A DNA stretch of 64,000 nt from Mobula hypostoma. Lineage: Eukaryota. Location: contig NC_086097.1 in assembly GCF_963921235.1 (NCBI RefSeq), forward strand, positions 76,634,001 through 76,698,000, given 5' to 3'. Made by a program: the position numbers and the translations under genes. The notes under the pieces are model-generated. The model saw only the letters and a list, made by a program, of their open reading frames with translations, did not search any database and had not been told where the DNA came from. Each line of letters begins with the position of its first letter. Position 1 is the stretch's first letter. Below, piece by piece: positions 50,916 through 63,344 of the stretch.

Positions 50916-52309
50916 GTACTTTGATAATAAATTTACTTTTTAGGTGTGATATTGACATATTCTTTAGTCTTTATTTTATTCAGTGCATTCAGCCATTGCT
51001 TGATGTCAACTTGAAGATTATCTTCTGTGATACTTGGTTTCCCTACTACTTGGTACTTCTGGCTCAAGATGGTTGTAAAACTTTCAGTTTGAATATTCTC
51101 ATTTCTGTACTGGTCACTGCCAAAAAGTTGAAAATATGGATCTTCATGGAGCCTTTACCCCTTATGAATGCTTTAACTATCCATCCAAATTCATAACTGA
51201 ATGAATGCCAAGTCTTGTGGTTGGGGGAGTGCTAACTTCTATTTATAGTTTATCATATCAACTGAGAATTATTTCCCCAGCTGTAGCAATAGCTTGTCTT
51301 GCTGCAGCCTTTGATCTTTACAGTCAGTTCCTATGCTGAGTAACCCAGCCTGAAAGAGTAAATTGACTTGGGAAAAACTGGTGTGAATAGGCAAGCCTGA
51401 GAAATTTGTGGACACTCCCTATCTGAAATATGCAAAAACTAATTTCTATGCAAGATGCACTGTTCAGCTGCAAGATCATAATTAAGATGATTTCAGTTAT
51501 TAGTTATAAGACTAAGTTAAGCTAAGACATTTATCACTCTCTGATTTGAACATACTTGAAATACTATAATATTTTAATTGCCAAACTGCAAAGAAAATAA
51601 ACATATTGAGGAAAACACGGAGAAGAAACATGATGTCAGGTGTAATGAGAAGCTAAGGTTTTAGGGAAAAATCACATGAACAATTCAAAATAGCATTAAT
51701 AAAGTATATCAGAATATTATGAAAGGGATTTTGTTTAGAGGTATGCTTGAAGGCTATCTCGTCAAAATGAAGGCAGTATCACAAATGATACAATATTCAC
51801 ATTGACACAGAACAGGAGAAAGTAGCAAGACCAGCATTATTATCAATCCATAATTGCTCTTCAGAAAGTGGTAGTATGCAGCTGGTCTGAACTACCGTCA
51901 TCCAATACATGAAAAAGCTCCCCCAGCTTTGCTGGCTGAGGAGTTTCAGGTTGTGAACTTGGCTACAATAAGATAGATTTCTAGTTCAAAATGGTGTGTA
52001 ACTCAATTTGGAGGGGTCCTTGCAGCTGCTGTCCTTAATATTCCAGGTAGCAGAGCTAAGATCATAGAGTTGCATGTTATTGCAATAGACCTCAGCGACT
52101 GTATAAACTGAAGCCATGGTGCACTGGTGTGGAGGGGACATCAGATAGATTGGCTGCTCTGTCCTGGATAGTGTCCAACTTCTTGAAATTCGTAGGAGCT
52201 GGATAGACCTACACATTTTACACTCTGATGACATCCATCTGAGTGAGCCTTTTGTGTCACATGGCTGCCTGAGGAAAGTGGGGAGTATTTCATTACATCC
52301 CTAATTTGT

Positions 52310-52856
52310 GGCGCCTGGAATGATACTGAGGATGTTCTACGAGTCTGTGGTGACCAGTGCTATCATGTTTGCTGTTGTGTGCTGGGGCAGCAGGCTGAGG
52401 GTGGCAGACACCAACAGAATCAACAAACTCATTTGTAAGGCCAGTGATGTTGTGGGGATGGAACTGGACTCTCTGACGGTGGTGTCTGAAAAAAGGATGC
52501 TGTCTAAGTTGCATGCCATCTTGGTCAATGTCTCCCGTCCACTACATAATGTACTGGGTGGGCACAGGAGTACATTCAGCCAGAGACTCATTCCACCGAG
52601 GTGCAGCACTGAGCGTCATAGGAAGTCATTCCTGCCTGTGGCCATCAAACTTTACAACTCCTCCCTTGGAGGGTCAGACATCCTGAGCCAATAGGCTGGT
52701 CCTAGACTTATTTCATAATTTACTGGCATAATTTACATATTACTATTTAACTATTTATGGTTCTATTACTATTTATTATTTATGGAGCAACTGTAACGAA
52801 AACCAATTTCCCCCGGGATTAATAAAGTATGACTATGACTATGACTGTGACTATGT
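52310..52856 (+). mobile_element. Rex1/Babar-related LINE 3' end with (ACTATG)n tail
   Basis: ORF 52308 MFYESVVTSAIMFAVVCWG...RHRKSFLPVAIKLYN; aataaa followed by gactat repeats. Confidence 0.85.
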
Positions 52857-53922
52857 TGCAAAGGTTTTGGGAAGGGTTTGGAAAGTGAGCCGCTTGCCAC
52901 AAAATATACGGGGTGAGAGAGGTCAATGTCATGAGGTTACAATTTGTTATGAAGTGTAATTCTGATTCTGGTCCACAGAGCCTCATGGATGGCCATTTTT
53001 CAGCAGGTAAAACTGCTGTCATCTGCCATACTTATAGTATATAATACAGAGGTCTTAGTGTGAAGAAGGAACTTTACACAACAAATACTGCACAGTGTGA
53101 ATGCTGCTAATACATCAGCAATAAGTAGTTTGATAAACTTGAGGATAGAAAGTTAAAGCCATGGGTTGGTTGACACCACCTGTCACAAACTCAATCTTGA
53201 CATCGATGTCCATCAGAAATGCAGCTGAGATAGTAGTAGTGATAATGCCAAATCAGTCTTGGTGCTGGACATTAAAATTCCACACCCAATGTGCATTCTG
53301 GGGTGGTGGTTGGTAGGTAGTAATCAGCAGAAGGTTTGCTTGCTGGCCTGATGCTATCAAACTCCATGCTATGCTTTGCCAATTCTGAGGACTCTGGGAT
53401 CTATTTCCTTTCGATTGTGGATATGTTCTCCCAGTGTGACAGAACTTTATGATTAAATCAAGGCAATTGGACTTGCTGTGTTGTCTAGAAGCCATTTCAT
53501 CACTCATCCAAGAGGTTTCTTCAGTCTGATCCATGGTGGGTAGTTTTCCAGTTGATAAACTCTGTGAGTTGTTTATAGGTATAGCAATCATATGAGGGTC
53601 GTTAAGAGTCATAGAGGTAATGAGAGCGTTATTAGTCTTATCTTTGCATGAATGGAGGCGTGAACTGTTGTGGAAACGCTGGGGTAGAGATGTTAGGACT
53701 GTATTCTAAATAGCTGATAGGTCATGTCGTACCCCAACCCCTCTATTCAGGGACAGAGGTGGCTTCTTTAACCATATATAATGACCTGGATGACTAAGAA
53801 ACTTCATGGACATTATGATTAAAGTGTCTGGGACACTGTTGGTTGATATTTTCTGGTCAGTCATTAAGCATTTTAGAAGCATATAAACCTGTTCTCACCA
53901 GACCCATTTTTCTTTCTTATAG

Positions 53923-54042
53923 GATGATGAAGTTGTACTTCAGTCCGTTGCCACCATCAATAAAGAACAACGTAAATTTTGCCTGGCAGCTGAAGGATTT
54001 GGTAATCGTTTGTGCTTTCTCGAGCCTACTTCAGAAGCTAAG
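53923..54042 (+). CDS. RYR3: Ryanodine receptor (RYR3-like) coding exon 2, [40 protein letters not shown]
   Basis: 120-nt exon with polypyrimidine tract and ag (ttttctttcttatag) and donor AAG|gtattc. In frame with exon 1. QRKFC and EPTSEAK match RyR3 rather than RyR1 (QLKLC, EPTSNAQ) or RyR2 (QQKLC, ESTSNSK). Confidence 0.92.
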
Positions 54043-54779
54043 GTATTCAGGTCGTCTTTTTCATGTTTTTGGCGGAATATTTATCCTCACTGATGACATG
54101 GCCTTTAAAATCCAGTACTCGGGGGGAGGGGAGGGAATGTTAAATGTGTTCAAGTGCATTTGTGTACAATGAACAATTTAATCAGATGGAAATCAATTGA
54201 TGAATTATTAAAATAAAATTCCAATCTAATTTTAAGTTTGAACCTTATTTTCTTTGTCTTGCCTTTTTTTTTATTGTGGAGCAGAGTTGATTGGCCAAGT
54301 GGCCTAATTCTGTTCCTACATATGTCTTGTGGTCTTCTATTCAGGAAAATGAACATTTAGACAACTTATTCCTCAGCAGTTGCTAGTGTCTAGTGAATGA
54401 ATTGATCAGTGCTGCATGGAAATAAGATGAATAGATAAATTGTATTTTTCATTGCCGTGCCCAGTTTCAGTGTACTTTACTCTCTACATTTTTGTTTGCT
54501 TTGTAATTTTTTGCAACTTTTTCATATTTACTGTAACTTGATGTAATGATAGAGATTTGTCACATAACTCTTGATAAATTGCAGAGATGAACTTTTCAGG
54601 CAAGTCCTTCCATCCCCACCCTCTCAACACCATCCAGACCCTCAACTTTTCTCTTTGTATTCAGTGATCAGTTACTTCACCTCTACACAGAGAACATCTA
54701 GTTTTCAAATTTCCATGTCAACCTTAGGTTGTCACAAATTTTCAGACGCATGATGGTGCATGCACAACTATCCAATGTA

Positions 54780-54912
54780 GACACATGAGAATCTCCATGT
54801 GCTGGGAATCTTGAGCAGCAGAGATAAAATATTGAAAGAACTCAGCAGGTCAGGCAGCATCTATGGAGGGAAATGAGCTATTGATGTTTCGAGTTGAGAT
54901 CTTTCAGTAGGG
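54780..54912 (-). mobile_element. PLE terminus fragment
   Basis: gaactcagcaggtcaggcagcatctatggagg family signature. Confidence 0.75.
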
Positions 54913-55629
54913 CTGGTCCTATCTACCTAGTAATGTAATACTGTATATCAAGACCTAGAAATTAGATTGAATAGCAAAATATTTTTGTGTACAATGTGAT
55001 ACAATTACTTTAAAAATACTTTGGAAAGTAATGCTATTGTGGCATCTGTGATAATAATTCCCTACCACACTATTAGTCAGATGCATGCTGTGGTACCTAG
55101 CACCATGCAGGTCCAGCATAGGCTTACTGTGGGCAACAATTTACTTCTGTGTGGCTTCCCAGCACACGCTCCGCCTAGCTTTGCTGATGTTTAAAAAGAA
55201 CTTGAGTAAGAAGGAACTAATGTGTGGAATTCTGGTGCTTGGAATTTGCTTTGGACGGTCTTTAAGTTAGATCATTGCAACATCCTTGAGTGAGGACCAT
55301 TTCCCCCAAAACAAAATGGTCGCTGAGTCCTCTCCTTAATCATGTTCCTCATGGACTCCTCACACAGTCATTGCTATTGTCCCTCCTGGGTCTCTCCTCT
55401 CCTCCCACCATTTCATCCACTCTACAACCTAATCTCCACCTTCCAATGCAAGCCTATAATCTACCTATTTGCTTTCATATTTTTTCACATGATCGAAACA
55501 ACTGGAGGAAAGTTACTCATTTTAAGCTCATACAACTGACTTAAGATACAATATCAGTCACCAAAGAATTTCAGGATAAATTCTTTAAAACAGGAGTGCA
55601 TTTAGTTCTTTCTTTTAGTTCTTACAGGA

Positions 55630-56875
55630 TCAACCCAGGTAAAACTGCAGGGCCTAATAACATACCTGTTCAGGTGCTGAGAGACTGTGCAGCCTAGTTA
55701 ACAGAGATTCTAGCAGATGTCTTCAACGTCTCTTGGGAACAGTCCAGCGTCCCCTCAGGCTTCAAGGTGACCACCATCATCCCAGTGCCCAAGAGGGCAA
55801 CAGTAACCTGCCTCAATGACTACCATCCAGTAGCACTGACCTCAACAATAATGAAGTGCTTTGAGCAGCAGATAATGGATCATGTTAAGTCCAATCTTCC
55901 CACTATATTGAACCCTTTCCAGTTAATTTATTGCTGAAAGTGGTTCATTGATGATGCCATACTCTCTGCACTCCACTTTGTCCTGTCCCATCTGGAAAGT
56001 GGTGCCTCATATTCCAGGATTCTGTTTATCGATTTCATCTCGGCATTTAATATGATCATCCCTCAGAAGCTGGTGGGTAAATTGTCAGTGCCTCGCTCTG
56101 GAATAGATCCGAGACTTTTACACAGAAAGGCCGCAACCGGTCCATATTGGCAGAAACATCTCTGGCTCCAACATGTTGAGCACTGGTGCTCCAGAGGGCT
56201 GCATGCTCGGCCCACTGCTGCTCACATTGCTGACACATGACTGCACTGCTAGATCCAGTTCAAACTGAATCATCAAATTCATTGATGGCACAACAGTGGT
56301 TTGGCCTCAGCAACAACGACAGCGAGATGGCATGCAGTGAGGAAGTAGAACGGCTGATATAATGGTGTGACAACAAGTTGAGTCGAACACAGACAAGACC
56401 TAAGGGATGATTGTAGACTTTAGGAAGATGCAGCTAACAGTACATGCCCAGCTCCTTCATGGAGAAAATTAGGAGCACCAAGTCTCTAGGGTACACATAA
56501 TGGACAATCTCACATGGTCCCTCAACAATACCTCTTTGGTCAACAAAGCACAGCAGCATCTCCACTTCCTGAGGAGATTGAGGTGAGTGAGGACTCCGCC
56601 ACCTCCTGCCTCAGCCCCGTCCCCAATTCTAACCAATTTTTACAGGCACAAAGGTGTCTTGACCAGCTGCATCACCATCTGGTTCAGGAATCACAAGGCA
56701 TGCACCTCAAGTCCCTATAAAGGATTGCAAAGATTTCTGAATGGATCATCTTCCACCCATCAGAGGTAGTTATCAGGAGCGCTGTGTACACAGGGAATTT
56801 AACATTGCCAGTGATCCCTCCCATCCATGCAACAATCTCTTTCATCCCCTACCATCAGTCAGGAGGTACTGTAAC
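55630..56875 (+). mobile_element. Rex1/Babar RT fragment, degenerate
   Basis: IIPVPK..CLNDYHPVALTSTIMKCFE and [14 protein letters not shown] motifs. Confidence 0.88.
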
Positions 56876-56939
56876 ATTTGGATGTGACTATTGGGATGGG
56901 AAACTACTGTCTATTGTTTGCATTGACTTTGACTGGGTA

Positions 56940-57140
56940 TTATGTTGATAACCCCAAGGACAGTAGTGCTAATGAACTGTTCTGCATCCTAGACAATTAT
57001 GGACTGGCACAGCATGTGACAGGGCCCACACACAGCAAGGGCCACGTTCTTGACCTAGTCATTTCCAAAGGTCTAAACACTTCTGAGGTTGTGGTAATCG
57101 ATATTGCTCTTTCTGATCATCTCAGTGTTTTCTTCCAACT
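56940..57140 (+). mobile_element. L2-type endonuclease fragment
   Basis: GLAQHVTGPTHSKGHVLDLVIS...ALSDH. Confidence 0.8.
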
Positions 57141-57191
57141 AAAGAATTTTTAAAAATTATTACCCAGCTTCTTGAACACTTGTAATCCACA

Positions 57192-57757
57192 GCAACACAC
57201 ACAAAATGCTTGAGGAACTCAACAGGTCAGACAGCATCTATGGAAGAGTAAACAGTCAACATTTCGGGCCGAGACACTTGTGCTGGGTCCAGAACAGATT
57301 CTCTGAAGTTATAGGAATTTAAAGTAGGTGACACTCTCCACCTCTGATCACCCAATGAGAACTGGCTTTTCGACCTCTGGTTCCCTTTTTTTGAGTTTTG
57401 CCGGGATGATGATATTGAATGCTGAACTTTAGTCAATGAAGAACATCATGATGCATGTATCTATGTTGTCCAGATTTTGTGGAGTTGAACGAAGAGCCAC
57501 TGAGATGTGGATCTGTGGACCATTCTGTCTTGGTCTCGTTCTTTGCTATCATCATGACTGCAGTCTACATCTCACCTGAGGCAGACATCAACTGCCGTGA
57601 TCAACAAGAATGAAAATAATCTGTCCTGATTAAGAGTGTCAGCCCGAAGTATCAACTGTTTCCTCTTTTCCATAGATGCTGCCTGATCTGCTGAGTTCCT
57701 CTAGCATTTTGTGCACATTGCTTTGGTTTTCCAGCAACTTCAATTTTCTTGTGTTTG
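57192..57757. mobile_element. Inverted pair of PLE termini (57192-57279 minus; 57632-57757 plus)
   Basis: cacaaaatgct...cagcatctatggaa versus ttccatagatgctg...agcattttgtg; about 350-bp spacer. Confidence 0.75.
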
Positions 57758-58039
57758 TGAGACTTCTAATCCATATCCAGCAATTAAATGATAGAAGCAA
57801 AGCAAAATTCAGATTAGTACTTTACTTTTGTTAGTTTCTCAATAAGTTGCACTAATGGCAATAAAACCAGAAAGTAAGCAACTCTCACAAGTAATTCAAC
57901 TACCTAGGAGATCTTTTGTACCCAAGTTATTCCTTTTGATGTATCTTTCACAAAAGGTACCAATAATTCTTTCTCCCAACAGAGGGATTTTGTACAGTTG
58001 TCATGGGGGTCTAAGTAGAGTTATACCATAATAGCATTG

Positions 58040-58184
58040 AAGTTCAAGTTCAGTTTATTGTCAGTCAACCATGTACATGCGTACCACCAAACAAAATAAA
58101 ATCCCTCCGGACCAAGGTACACAACACAGTACGTACAGCTCACGCACATAACAAATATAGTAATATTACCACAAATAAATTAAC
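58040..58184 (-). mobile_element. Older LINE 3' end (Rex1-like), split by the CR1 insertion and resuming at about 62274-62404
   Basis: aagttcaagttcagtttattg tail, similar to 49140; sequence continues after the CR1 TSD. Confidence 0.55.
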
Positions 58185-61100
58185 CATAGGAACTACAGCA
58201 CAGAAACAGGCCTTTTGGCCCTTCTTGGCTGTGCCGAACCATTTTCTGCCTAGTCCCACTGACCTGCACACAGACCATATCCCTCCATACACCTCCCATC
58301 CATGTATCTGTCCAATTTATTCTTAAATATTAAAAAAGAACCCGCATTTACCACCTCGTCTGGCAGCTCATTCCATACTCCCACCACTCTCTGTGTGACT
58401 CCCACCACTCTCTGTGTGAAGAAGCCCCCCTAATGTTCCCTTTAAACTTTTCCCCCCTCACCCTTAACCCATGTCCTCTGGTTTTTTTCTCCCCTTGCCT
58501 CAGTGGAAAAAGCCTGCTTGCATTCACTCTATCGACACCCATCATAATTTTATATACCTCTATCAAATCTCCCCTTATTCTTCTACGCTTTAGGGAATAA
58601 AGTCCTAATCTATTCAACCTTTCTCTGTAACAGAGTTTCTCAAGTCCCGGCAACAACCTTGTAAACTTTCTCTGTACTCTTTCAACCTTATTTATATCCT
58701 TCCTGTATTTTGGTGACCAAAACTGAACACAATACTCCAGATTCGGCCTCACCAATGCCTTATACAACGTCATCATAACATTCCAGCTCTTATACTCAAT
58801 ACTTCGATTAATAAAGGCCAATGTACCAAAAGCTCTCTTTATGACCCTATCTACCTGTGACGCCACTTTTAGGGAATTTTGTATCTGTATTCCCAGATCC
58901 CTTTGTTCCACTGCACTCCTCAGTGCCTTACCATTAACCCTGTAAGTTCTACCATGGTTTGTCCTTCCAACATGCAATACCTCACACTTGTCTGCATTAA
59001 ACTCCATCTGTCATTTTTCAGCCCATTTTTCCAGCTGGTCCAAGTCCCTCTGCAGGCTCTGAAAACCTTCCTCGCTGTCTACTACACCTCCAATCTTTGT
59101 ATCATCAGCAAATTTGCTGATCCAATTTACCACATTATCATCCAGATCATTGATATAGATGACAAATAACAATGGACCCAGCACTGATCCCTGTGGCACA
59201 CCACTAGTCACAGGCCTCCACTCGGAGAAGCAATTCTCTACTACCACTCTTTGGCTTCTTCCATTGAACCAATGCCTGATCCAATTTACCACCTCTCCAT
59301 GTATACCTAGCAACTGAATTTTCCTAACTAACCTCTCATGCGGGACCTTGTCAAAGGCCTTACTGAAGTCCATGTAGACAATATCCACTGCCTTCCCTTC
59401 ATCCACTTTCCTGGTAACCTCCTCGAAAAACTCCAATAGATTGGTCAAACATGACCTGCCACGCACAAAGCTATGTTGACTCTCCCTAATAAGTCCCTGT
59501 CTATCCAAATGTTTGTAGATTCTGTCTCTTAGTACTCCCTCCAATAACTTACCTATTACCGACGTTAAACTTACCGGCCTATAATTTCCCGGATTACTTT
59601 TCGATCCTTTTTTAAACAACGGAACAACATGAGCCACTCTCCAATCCTCCAGCACCTCACCTGTAGACAGCGACATTTTAAATATTTCTGCCAGGGCCCC
59701 TGCAATTTCAACACCAGTCTCCTTCAAGGTCCGAGGGAACACCCTGTCAGGTCCCAGGGATTTATGCACTTTAATTTTCCTCAAGACAACAAGGACCTCC
59801 TCCTTTTCGATCTGTACAGTTTCCATGATCTCACTACTTGTTTCCCGAATTCCATAGACTTCATGCCAGTTTCCTTAGTAAATACAGACGCAAAAAACCT
59901 ATTTAAGATCTCTCCCATTTCCTTTGGTTCCACACATAGGTGACCACTCTGATCTTCAAGAGGACCAATTTTATTCCTTACAATCTTTTTGCTCTTAATA
60001 TACCTGTAAAAGCTCTTTGGATTATCCTTCACTTTGACTGCCAATGCAACCTCATGTCTTCTTTTAGCAATCCTGATTTCTTTCTTAAGTATTTTCTTGC
60101 ACTTCTTATACTCCTCAAGGACGTTATTTACTCCAGTGCTCAGGCAGGACAGATTAGAGGGCTTCCTATACATGTCATACAACCCCCTTTTCTTCTTTAT
60201 CAGAATTGCAATATCCCTTGAGAACCAAGGTTCCTTATTCCTATTCACTTTGCCTTTAATCCTGACAGGAACATACAAATTCTGCACTCTCAAAATTTCT
60301 CCTTTGAAGGCTTCCCACCTACCGATCACATCCTTGCCTGAGAACAACCTGTCCCAATCCACGCTTTTTAGATCCTTCCTCATTTCTTCAAATTTGGCCT
60401 TCTTCCAGTTAAGAACCTCAACCCTAGGACCAGATCTATCCTTGTCCATGATCAAGTTGAAACTAATGGTGTTATGATCACTGGAACCAAAGTGCTCCCC
60501 TACACAGACTTCCATCACTTGTCCTAACTCGTTTCCTAACAGGCGATCCAATATTGCATCCCCTCTAGTTGGTCCCTCTATATATTGATTTAGAAAACTT
60601 TCCTGAACACATTTTACAAACTCTAAACCATCTAGACCCCTAACAGTATGGGAGTCCCAATCAATATATGGAAAATTAAAATCCCCTACCACCACAACTT
60701 TATGTTTCCTGCAGTTGCTTGCTATTTCCCTGCAGATTTGCTCTTCCAATTCTTGTTGACTACTGGGTGGTCTGTAATACAATCCCACTAATATGGCCAT
60801 ACCTTTCCTGTTTCTCAGTTCCACCCATAAGGACTCAGTAGACAAGCCCTCTAATCTGTCCTGCCTGAGCACTGCTGTAATATTTTCCCTAACAAGCAAT
60901 GCTACTCCCCCACCTTTCATTCCTCTGCCTCGATCACATCTGAAACATCGGAACCCTGGAATATTAAGCTGCCAGTCCTGCCCCTCCTGTAGCCAAGTTT
61001 CACTAATTGCTATAACGTCATAATTCCACATGTCAATCTACGCCCTCAACTCATCTGCCTTCCCCGCAATACTCCTAGCATTGAAATATATACACCTCAG

Positions 61101-62273
61101 AAGATTTTTACCACCATTCACAACATTTCTATTAGCGGATTTGCTTGAACTTTTAACAACATTTATTTTCACCCCAGCCACACTGTCAGCTCTGGCACTC
61201 TGGTTCCCATCCCCCTGCAAATCTAGTTTAAAGCCTCCCCAATAGCACTAACAAACTTCCCTGAAAGGATATTGGTCCCCCTGTAGTTCAAGTGTAACCC
61301 GTCTCTCTTGTACAGGTCCCACCTGCCCCAGAAGAGGTCCCAATTATCCTGAAATCTGAAACCCTGCCCCCTACAGCAGTTCCTCAGCCACTTGTTCATC
61401 CTCCAGAGCATCCTATTCCTACCCTCACTGGCACCTAGCACAGGTAGCAATCCTGAGATTACCACCCTCATGGTCCTGCTTTTCAACTTCCTACCAAGCT
61501 CTCTATACTCACTGTCCAGGACCTCTTCACTCTTCCTTGCTATGTCATTGGTACGGATGTGCACCACAACATCTGGCTGGTCACCCTCCCACTTCAGAAT
61601 GTCATGTAATCGATCAGAGACATCCTTGAACCTGGCACCCTGGAGGCAACAAACCATCCTGGATTCTCTGTCACGACCACAGAACCTCCTATCTGCACCT
61701 CTAACTATTGAGTCCCCTATCACTACCGCTCTCCTCTTTTCCCCCCTCCCTTCTGCACTGCAGAGCCAGACTCATTGCCAGAGATCCGGCTACTGCAGCT
61801 TGTCCCAGGTAAGTCATCCCCCACAACAGTATCCAATGCAGTATACTTGTTGTTGAGGGGAATGGCCACAGGGGATCCCTGCTCTGCCTGCCCTTTCCTC
61901 TTCCCTCGCCTGACAGTGACCCAATTTCCAGTGCTCTGCTCCTTTGGCGTAACTACCTCCCTGTAGCTACTATCTATAATCTCCTCATTCTCCCGAATGA
62001 TCCGCAGGTCATCCAGCTCCTGCTCCAGTTCCCTAACGCGTTTTGTTAGGAGCTGCAGCTGGATGCACTTCTTGCAGGTGTCATTGTCAGGGACACCGGA
62101 GGGCTCCCTGACTTCCCACATCCTGCAAGAGGAGCATTCCAACATCCTGCCTGGCATCCTCTCTACTCTAAACTATCTGAACAAAAAAAAAGCTTACCGG
62201 AACCTACCCTGGCCTCTGCCTGTTCTCACCGAAGCCTGTTGAGCCAAAGCCGTCCCACTCTGACTCAGTCCAC
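58185..62273 (-). mobile_element. Near full-length CR1 LINE: ORF1 (CxxC zinc finger, coiled coil, SGNH esterase) and ORF2 (APE + RT), inactivated
   Basis: ORF1 62157-61223 (GDSIVR, TND, DGLH; one frameshift). ORF2 from 61220 to about 58350 (two in-frame stops, two frameshifts). 8-bp TSD aaattaac at 58177-58184 and 62274-62281. Confidence 0.96.
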
Positions 62274-62419
62274 AAATTAACAAATAATAAGGTGCTTTTA
62301 CATCACAAGTTAAAATGTAAGGAGTATAATGCTACTGGTACTTCTTCGGTGATGAGACCTGGGTTGTGCCAGGGTGTTCAGTAGTCCTACAGTCTCGGGG
62401 AACAATGCAAGGCAAGACA

Positions 62420-63165
62420 GGCAAGTTTATTTGTATAGCACTCTTCAAACACAAGGCAGTTCAAAGTGCTTTACATAGAACACGATAAAAATGAAACTTC
62501 AAATTTCAGACAATTTAAAGAGAGTAATATCACACATAAAAATAAAGAAATAAAAGTTACAATGAAGGAGATCCTAATTAAAGACAGTGAAAAGAGAAGT
62601 TTTAAGTGTCGATTTAAAAGAGCTTAAAGCTGGGGCAGACTTCAGATCCTCTAGAAGGTTATTCCAGATACATGGAGCATAGTAACTAAAAGCTGCTTCA
62701 CCATGTTTAGTTTTGACCCTGGGGACGCTAAGCAGACCCACCCCAGATGACCTGAGAGCTCAGGAAGGTTCCTAATGCAGCAAGAGATCGGAGATGTATT
62801 TTGGCCCTAGACCATTCAGTGCTTTATAAACCAGTAGTAATACTTTAAAGTCAACCCTCTGATGGACAGGAAGCCAGTGTAGTGATCTGAGACTGGGGTG
62901 ATGTGTTCTACTTTCTTGGTCTTATTGTGGACTCTAACAGCAGTGTTCTGAATGAGCTGCAGTTGTCTAAGGGATTTTTTTACAGAGACCTATGAAAACG
63001 CCATTACAGTAGTCAAGTCTATTAAAAATAAATGTATGGACAAGTTTTTCTAGACCTTGCTGAGACATAAGCCCTTTAACTCCCACTATATTTTTAAGAT
63101 GGTTGTAGGCTGACTTTGTAATTGTTTTAATGTGGTAGTTGAAATTTAAGTTGGAGTCCAAGGTT
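62420..63165 (-). mobile_element. L2 LINE 3' fragment
   Basis: DSNLNF..HIK.ITKSAY.HLKNI...LEKLVHTFIFNRLDYCN; L2-type tail (tttatttgtatagcac on +). Confidence 0.88.
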
Positions 63166-63344
63166 TCTGGCTTGGTTTGTGGTCAGTAACAACTGGGATT
63201 CTAAGTGAGAACTGACTTTTAATCATTTTTTTTAACACCAAAAACAATTATTTCAGTTTCTCTTTGCTTAACTGGAAGAAATGTTGGCTCATCCATCAGT
63301 GATTTGTTCAGTACAGATTTTTAGTGATTGTAAAGTTAAAAGCT

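Larger units (their letters stand above)
15411..53922 (+). other. RYR3: RYR3 intron 1 (38,512 bp, GT-AG, phase 0)
   Basis: Lies between the two in-frame exons; no intervening RyR coding sequence is needed. Confidence 0.85.

Noticed and set aside
50582..51196. 204-aa ORF as a novel protein
   Set aside because: Chance fusion of CR1 3'UTR, a Rex1 endonuclease fragment and AT-rich flank.
53843..54172. 109-aa ORF over exon 2
   Set aside because: It is in a different frame from the RyR exon and has no recognisable homology.
59629..62242. Plus-strand ORFs overlapping the CR1 (also 900-2772 and 40220-41172)
   Set aside because: Antisense shadows of LINE coding sequence.
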